64,000 nt of DNA from Macrostomum lignano (lineage: Eukaryota): NCBI GenBank assembly GCA_002269645.1, contig NIVC01002065.1:143744-207743 (forward strand), given 5' to 3'. Positions 49,857-57,900 of this stretch are shown here, one piece after another (within the stretch, counting starts at the first letter, position 1; each line of letters starts with the position of its first letter). Both the position numbers and the translations under genes were made by a program. Under the pieces are notes generated by a model, which saw only the letters and a program-made list of their open reading frames with translations, made no database searches and was not told the DNA's origin.

Positions 49857-51638
49857 TTGTTTCAATTGATTTGATTTTGATCCTTTGAGTTTGACTAGGC
49901 ACTAGGCAGGGCCTATAACTTTGGGAGTCATCTATTTTTATAGGCTATTATTATTAATTTGCCCAATAAAATGTGTATCTCTATGTCTTGATCTGCTTTT
50001 ATTAATTTGTCTATTATAAAACTTTTAAATGAAATCTAAAAAGAAAAATGCTAGGATAGGCCTAGGCACTAGGCAGGCAGGTGCAGGCCTTGCTTGTTTA
50101 ATTTATATTTAGTTTTAAATAAGGCCTTTTTTTATTAAACTAATAAATTATTTAAAGACAATGGCTATATCTAAAATTCTACATTTAAGAATTAAGGGCT
50201 AAGAGGGGCATGGTATCTGCCTATGGCATGGGCTATGATATGATATGTCAACAAATCTGAATACATATTAATTGATATTAGACTTAGGCGTTAGGGGTTA
50301 GATAGGATTGAAGTCATCAATTAGGATTGGAAATATTTTTCTCAGGTTTGGGATCAGGATTAGGAATCAGAGTCAGGTTTTTTTGTTTATTTTATAGGCC
50401 TAGCTTTGTTACTTTTAACATAACTTTTTTATTTGTAAGATAAAGATATTTTCTATTTGTTATTTTAATTCTTTTTTTGTTTCTTTTTTGCTACTTTTGA
50501 GGTAGGGGATTTCAAAATAGATTGCTACACGCCAATACTGCAGCCCTATAGTCAGGAGCATGGCACTCTTGTGCCAAAACAAATCCAATCAAAAAAGTTC
50601 GCTTGTACCATGTGCCAGAACTATTCCTATCAAAAAGCTTGCTTGTACTATGCTGGAACTTTTAAAAAATTACAAAAAATGCAAAAACCGGTATTTTCCA
50701 TTGGAAAAATTCTAGTAAAACTTGTATTTGAATCTGTTTAATAGAAAATGCAATGTTAACATATATTAATTAAAAATCATCAATATACAACAAACAAAAG
50801 TGCTAGGCCCCATAAAAAGAAATTACATGCTAATTTTCTGTTTGTAAAAATATTGTCTTGCTGAAAGTTTTTGGCTTGCAATAATTTGCACCATTTTTTG
50901 TCTTGCGTAATATAGTATTGCACTGAATTTTTCCCCTTGTCTACTGTTGTGCCAGAATGTGCCAGAATGGGTGATGCATGTCCAACCCCCTTTTGCACCA
51001 GAATTTTCCATGAAAAGACCATTTTCCTTACTATGGCTATAGCTATTGGGTTGGCAATTTGTCAATATTTGAATTTACAGACTTAAAGCCAGAAAACTTA
51101 AAGCAATATATATGTTTGAATCTGTATTGTTTATTCCATCATCTGCTATAGGTTCTCAATTCCAGGGGAAGGATAATAAAAATATTGTAGCCAAGAGGTC
51201 ATTCTTCTATATGTATATAGTATACCATTTTTTGAATTTGCCAAAATGTTTTAATACTTTGCCAAAATATTACTTTTGTGATTCACTGAAACATTAATTT
51301 GCCAAAACATCATATAGCCACTATAGTTCATAGATCCATATAGAGTTGAACAGAGTTGAACAAATACTATTAAGATCAGATCAAAAGATAAAACATGATA
51401 GAATAGATATAAAGTTTTGTAACCAATGAAGATTATTATAATGAGTATAAGTTAAAACAGAATGCATTCAAGTAATCACTAATTCTATAAATTTAGAATC
51501 AAAAGACCTATTTCCAATTTTCATTGTTAAGGTTAGGATCCCAAGAATATGGGATCAGGATTCAAATCCTATTTGACCTCTAGTATATATTTGGTAGTAT
51601 CATATACATTAATCTGATACTATAAATATACTAGCTAC

Positions 51639-52502
51639 TGTAGAGTGTTCTACCTCCCGTTAAAAAAGGAAAAAAGAAGATAATCGTATAATACTACTAT
51701 AAGTAAGTAAGTACACGCATGTGCGCCTAAGCTTTGAATGAATCACGCTACCAGAAAAAGATGTTACCAGAATAATACGCCATGAGCCATTTTCCCCTTT
51801 TAGCGCAACACGTGAATTGTCATGATACTATTTTGGATCAAAAACTTGTCTATAAATACAAGCGATCTGAAGCGGTACCGGAGCCATTCTCCCCACGGAA
51901 GAGGAGCGCTCCGAAGAGGAAGCCTTAGGAGGACTTCCTGATCTACCAAGTCAATCGAGACTCGGTCGAGTTGTTGCGGTAAGCCTTCCTTATTTGCGCC
52001 CGTTGTGTTAGAGACGTCTCGCTCAAGTCTATTGAGACTTGAGTCTAATTGAGTCTGTTGAGACTCTTGAGTCTGTTTAGACTCCATTGGTTGCAGTCTC
52101 CAGAAGGACTGCCCCTGATAGATCTTAGAGGACTATCAGTGGTTTCCGGAGCTATACCTAGAGTGCATAGAGGCACTGCTAGAAGAAGGAGGCTTAATTT
52201 AGACCGCAGTTTGGCGCAGGGTACCCATTGTTGCTACGAGGCCTCTGATTGGTCCTGACGGAAGATACCGGCCGGAAGAACTTATCGGAAGTACAAGAGG
52301 AACCAGGACCAGAGCAACTGAAGAATCAAGGCGCCTGATCTACGAGATCTACTGACAAGTTCCTAGCGAGAACTACTCAAGAAATTCAAATCCGGATTAA
52401 AGGTAATTGAATACCTTCGTTTGACTTACTGGGTTGCCTAGCTGTTGAGCTAGAAGTGATTGTTCCTTGATTATCGAAAGTCGGGTAATAAGGAACACAT
52501 CA
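51639..52502 (+). repeat. 5' LTR (864 bp), TATAAATA at 51851-51858
   Basis: Starts TGTAGAG, ends ACATCA; matches 61388-62250 except one visible 1-bp indel. Confidence 0.96.
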
Positions 52503-52504
52503 AT

Positions 52505-52515
52505 TGGTGATCTCG
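52505..52515 (+). promoter_or_regulatory. Primer binding site TGGTGATCTCG, compatible with tRNA-Trp
   Basis: 2 nt after the LTR; pairs with a typical tRNA-Trp 3' end (CGGGGUCACCA) allowing two G:U pairs. Confidence 0.6.
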
Positions 52516-53216
52516 CCCTCTCGGCACTACTCAAACCTTGAGCAATAGCCTGGCCAAGCTATTGTAAAGTGACGACAGAGCGACTTCATTAATTTTGCGC
52601 GCACGTGTTAGAGTTAACACTTTTTAAGTCCGTTACGTTTTGAAACTCGAGTAAAATTTGGTGTACAGGTTTGAGCACCTGTCAAATTTGAGTACAGTTT
52701 GAGCACGCGTGTTAAAATTTTGTTTTGACGAGCTCGAGCAAGTGTGAGTTTAAAACAAAACCGAAATTAACTTCGTCGGTACACTGAAAACAAACCAAAA
52801 ATAAAAAAATCGTCGACGCAAACAAACAAAAAATAACTGAAACATTTTGCCGGCACAAAAACTAAAACAAAACCGAAATTAATTGAAACTTCGTGGAGAG
52901 CAGAGTTAATTGACAAAAGAGAGAGAGTCAAAGAAGAGAAGAAAGACTTTGCAAAGCAAGAAGACAAGTCCACTTCAACTTGAAGATACACTTTGCGGGA
53001 CGCCGCATAAGTGCGAAATCAGCAAGCGAACAGAACAAGTTCATTTGAGGACAACCAGTGGCAGCAAGCCACACCGCATCCGAGGCCAGCGAATAACAAA
53101 TCGACACCACAAGGCAATTCGTTACAGTCGAGGTTTATTCCGAGGCAAACACCACACTGGACGATCCGTTACAAATCGATCCAGATCTTGAACTACCGTT
53201 CTACCCTATCAACAAC

Positions 53217-54923
53217 ATGGCGCGGCGCAATCCAACGGTACACAGAGACATCAAAGAAACGGTCGGTACTTTCTCGATGGAGAAAGATTTTAACACATTT
53301 GTCGACCATTTTGACCTGGTATGTAGGGAATACAACCTACAAAATCCAGAGAAGGCACAGCTGCTGCCACCTCTTCTCCAAGGTACTGCGCGAGAAATTT
53401 ACGGCAAGCTGGATGCGGCAACACAGCAAAATTATCCAGCACTAATCATTCAACTGCGCGCGCATTTCAACCGTTGCGGCACAAACAGATCAGTGCTGCT
53501 GCACAAGTTGCATAACAGAAGGATGCAAGCAACAGAATCCTTCCTCGCCTTTGTGGACGATATCCGCCAGATAATTAAGGCACTGCATCAGCCACCGCTG
53601 CAAGCTGCGGACCAACCACCACTGGGAGCGGCAGAATTGGCCGCCAGAGAAAGACAACGATTGATGGATCGTGAACAAAACCTCATCCTGCACGTAATAA
53701 ACAACGCACAGCCGTCACTTCGGGATAGACTTTTGCGTGAAAATATCGAAACCGAAGAAGACCTTTTGCGTTGCGGAATGCAATGGGAAGCCAGTGCCCC
53801 ATTAATGACGACAGGCAACAATGAAGTGCAGAAACTGACGCAGCAACTAAACAAGTTAATGCAGCACCAGACAGCTGCTATCGCCGAACAAAAAAGACGA
53901 AATGAACAAGCCTCAGCCAGATGTTACTACTGCGGACAAGAAGGACATTATCAGATTAATTGTCCTCATTGGTCAACAAGATACGACAAGCCGCGACAGA
54001 TATTCAACAATCAGAAGCCGCAGAAACCATGGCAGCAATATCAAAATCGCCAACAACAAGGCATAAGACGCTTCGGAAATGATAGACGCTTCGGAAATAA
54101 TGACCGCTCCGGAAATGATGGCCGCTTCGGAAACGAAGGCCGCTTCAGAAGTAATGGCTACAGGCCACGCAACGTCAGATACACACAAAGACAGCCGACG
54201 CAAGCAATGCCACGATACGCGAATGCCATCACGTACACACCGGAAAATGAACAGCAAGAACAGCAAGTGTTCACAATTGACGACTTGGAAATGGACTTCA
54301 CAGTCCCGGAACTTGACATCAGCTTGATCGAAAAGAAGACGACGCACGAGGACAACACTGACAACACAGAAGAGACGAATGAAACCGAAATGATCAAATT
54401 AAAAGAGACCACCGGAGACAGCAGAGAAAACAGGAAGAAAGTAAATCACAAGACAAGGGAGGAGGCGGAGAGCGACATCGGCAACGAAGAAAAGATGAAA
54501 ACCGGCGAAGAAAACAACTATGAATCGACAACAGTGGATGACGACAAAACGAGCATGAAAGACAAAGAAATGAAAGAAGAAGAAGAATGTAGAAGTTACG
54601 GCAACGACCACGACTGCGAGGTGCGTGATGACACGAACGACTACCAAGCCGAAAGAGGAATGCAGGAAGAACCGAGAGCGGAGAATCTAAGTTCCGACAG
54701 CGATCAAGGCTACGAAATACAATGGAAAGATGAAGAAATGGAAAAAGAACAGGTGAAAGAAAAGCCGAGTTCCGACAGCGACGAATGCTACGAGATCCGA
54801 TACAAACGAAATGGTGAAGCCTATATTCAAACGGTCGACTACAAGACAGAGAAAAGATACCAAACGCAATGGAGTGAAACAACGGAAACATCGGAAGAAG
54901 CGCAGACGAAGATAATGAAATAA
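53217..54923 (+). CDS. gag: Gag (capsid-like, CCHC knuckle, long acidic C-terminal extension)
   Basis: F..FVDHFDL..LLQGTAREIY..LRAHF..LHNRRMQATESFLAFVDDI; CYYCGQEGHYQINC at ~53922-53963. Confidence 0.92.
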   Translation: MARRNPTVHRDIKETVGTFSMEKDFNTFVDHFDLVCREYNLQNPEKAQLLPPLLQGTAREIYGKLDAATQQNYPALIIQLRAHFNRCGTNRSVLLHKLHNRRMQATESFLAFVDDIRQIIKALHQPPLQAADQPPLGAAELAARERQRLMDREQNLILHVINNAQPSLRDRLLRENIETEEDLLRCGMQWEASAPLMTTGNNEVQKLTQQLNKLMQHQTAAIAEQKRRNEQASARCYYCGQEGHYQINCPHWSTRYDKPRQIFNNQKPQKPWQQYQNRQQQGIRRFGNDRRFGNNDRSGNDGRFGNEGRFRSNGYRPRNVRYTQRQPTQAMPRYANAITYTPENEQQEQQVFTIDDLEMDFTVPELDISLIEKKTTHEDNTDNTEETNETEMIKLKETTGDSRENRKKVNHKTREEAESDIGNEEKMKTGEENNYESTTVDDDKTSMKDKEMKEEEECRSYGNDHDCEVRDDTNDYQAERGMQEEPRAENLSSDSDQGYEIQWKDEEMEKEQVKEKPSSDSDECYEIRYKRNGEAYIQTVDYKTEKRYQTQWSETTETSEEAQTKIMK

Positions 54924-54967
54924 CCAAAAAGCAAAGCGAATCAGAAGCCTTCCGCCTGGATCAGCCA

Positions 54968-57900
54968 ATGGAACAACCGAAAGAATATGATGCGGACATG
55001 GAAGATAACGAATGGCGATCGCAGCCAATGCCAGCAAGGACAACGGCAAAATCCAAGAAGTGGAAAAACTGGCTATTCTGGATCATCGTGATACTACTGA
55101 TAGCAGTAGTCGCCAAAGCAACGGCAACGGAAAAGCCAATGATTTGTCCAACGGATGCGCATATCCAACCGATGATCTACAAGATACCAACCGACATCAA
55201 ATGCAGTTACTTCAAGACAAACCAGACAAAACCAAAGAAGATTACACTCGATCTCTACAAGGCTAACATCAAGAAGCATCGACAACACGGGATAGTATGC
55301 TTCAGAGACAAGCACCTGGTGGAAAAAGTTTGGCGCGGACAATGGAACCGGATCCGATTTAAACAACATGAGCTACATGTGTCGCACGCGGAATGCCTAC
55401 AATGGAATCAAACACTATTTTCAAAGGATGGTGAACTGGAACCAGATGAGAAGGTCGGCAACGCACAGCTGTTCAGAACAAAGAATTCAGCCAACGGTCG
55501 ATATATTCACTTCTTCGGAAAATGGAAAGAATATATGGCACGCAACAGCTACTTGATCAGAAATATTCCATTCTACTACAATCCGTACGAGAAAATGGAA
55601 TCGTTACAGCTGCAACTAAGCGAATGTCGATACAGTGAAGGATGGTGTCCAACGCCGATTCTACGGAAGGAAGAACTACACAGTCTACCACTGAGTCCAA
55701 CATATCATCAAGACTATCGATGGCAGATTGAGCACAGAGCACAATCACACTATGAGGAACCGTACAAATCACGACAATACTTCTTCGCGTGGGAAGTTGA
55801 GCCGGAAATTGACTGCAAGCTTCAAAAGTATCACACAGTTGAAGGAGGACTACTGTCAAATACGTTTTTGGCAAAGTCAGGAGACTTGGCACTGACGTTT
55901 CAAAAGAAACCAGTCGAGCAAAAACTGAAATGCAAGGATACAGACAAGACACTATTCATCTCGGAACAAGAGATACCAGTCTACGTAAAGGATGAAGACA
56001 AACAAACCTTCTTGGCAATCATCAATGGAACGTATCAGCAACAAGAAAAACAGAATAGAAGACGACGTGACATCGAACGTCCCAAACTGGTGTCAAACCG
56101 GCTGTTGTCAGCAAAGATAACGGCTTTGGATCACAATCTACACAACCAGTTAAACCACTTGCATCGAACACTGGTCCAGCTAACTTGCAAAATGCACGCA
56201 ATCAACTTAAATTATGCCAGACAAAACTACTATGTCAACCCTACGATGACTTTTCGTAAAATCACCGGAATGACGAACGTTTTGGCAGTTCCAATATACG
56301 AGCATCTGTTGATATACAAGTGCACGCCGATACAGCACTTTAACATCTTGCCGTCAAACACGTCAACAACCTGCTACGATAAGCCAAGGATTGAAGCGTT
56401 CTACGAAGGAAAACGAATTCAGGGATTCTTGGACACGGTACACAACATCATCGTTGGCACCGCAATACCGAGACCTTGCACCACGGCAGTAAACTACTAT
56501 CAACTGGACAATGCACTACACGTCATCAAAACAACTGGAACGACAGCAAACGTCACAGAACCGGAAGTAATCGTCGACGAAAACTACGACATGGAGGATT
56601 TGAAAATCCGATTCAACAGAACGAAGTATACGCCATTCGCCGATATCCAACTTGACGAGATAACACCAGGATGGACGATCAACGACTTCTTGCAAGCGTT
56701 CATCACCCAACGCAAGATGATTCACCAGCTGTTCACAAGAAAGGACAAAGGAACCGGGACAGGAAGATTTCCCGTCCTTGTTTCAATGGACAGCGCCATC
56801 AAATCATTTTGGACAAATAGCTTCTGGGAGCTGCTCAATGGAAGAGGCAGTCTCTATCAAGGATTCATCTTCTACGGTGCTTGCATTGTGTGGATTGTCA
56901 CGGCAATCTTCATCATTTCATCGATCGTACGGTGCTTCAGTCAAACTTGTCCAAGAGCTAAGAAGACAGTGAATGCCATAATGCAAAGAACGACAACGGA
57001 AAGCGACAACAGTTTAGAACTAACAGAAACTGCACATTGTGAGGTTCAAGGGCAACCGACACTAGCAACGCGGCTATATCCATCGATTCCGACAACACCA
57101 ACGGCACCAAGGATACAACCACCCAACTATCAAGCAGAACAGCACGAGCCAAAATGGCCGGAAAACTACGTCTGTACGCTACACGCCGAGATTGGCAAAG
57201 CAATGGCTCAGGTCATTGTCAACAACTTGCCATGTCGAGCACTACTGGATTCAGGCAGCTCGATCACAGTCATCTCGCAACAATTATGCAACAAGCTACG
57301 ACTCGCGGTACGACCAGCAGCAATCGCAGTTGCAGGAGCAGGAGGACATTCACTCAACATCCTAGGAAAAGCAGATATCGACTTGAAAATTGCTAATAAA
57401 CAGCTGACGGTCCCGACGTACATCATCGACAGACTACCAAACCAAGACGTCATCGTTGGAATCGACACGTTCAAGCAGCTTCAACTACCATTGACCTTCG
57501 ACTTCAACAAGCAAACGTTTAGGATCGACACGGTGGAGCAACCGCTGATCAACCAGATTCGAGTACTACCGAAAGTAACTCTGCAGCAAGATGTCATTAT
57601 CCAGCCTGAAAGCGCATGCTGGGTCAGAGCGAAAACGACCAGCGCGGCAGATGAAGCAATGATATTTGATCCACACAGGAGAGTCACGGCAAAACATCAA
57701 ATCATGATGCCTACGGCACTAGTGCTGGTTGCAAAGGATAAGCAACTGCCAGTACAAATCTTCAACCCGAACACAGAAACGGTTCATCTACGACAAGGAA
57801 TGTGCATCGGTCATCTCAACACCCAAGCATCGGTTATGCTGATTGAACAAGCGACTCCACGACTAACAGAGGAAGAATTTCAAAAGAAGATCAATTTGGA

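Noticed and set aside
52049-52258. 69-aa ORF within both LTRs, partly preserved in the older LTR
   Set aside because: It has a non-ATG start and roughly equal synonymous and non-synonymous changes by eye, and the conservation is more simply explained by RNA hairpins.
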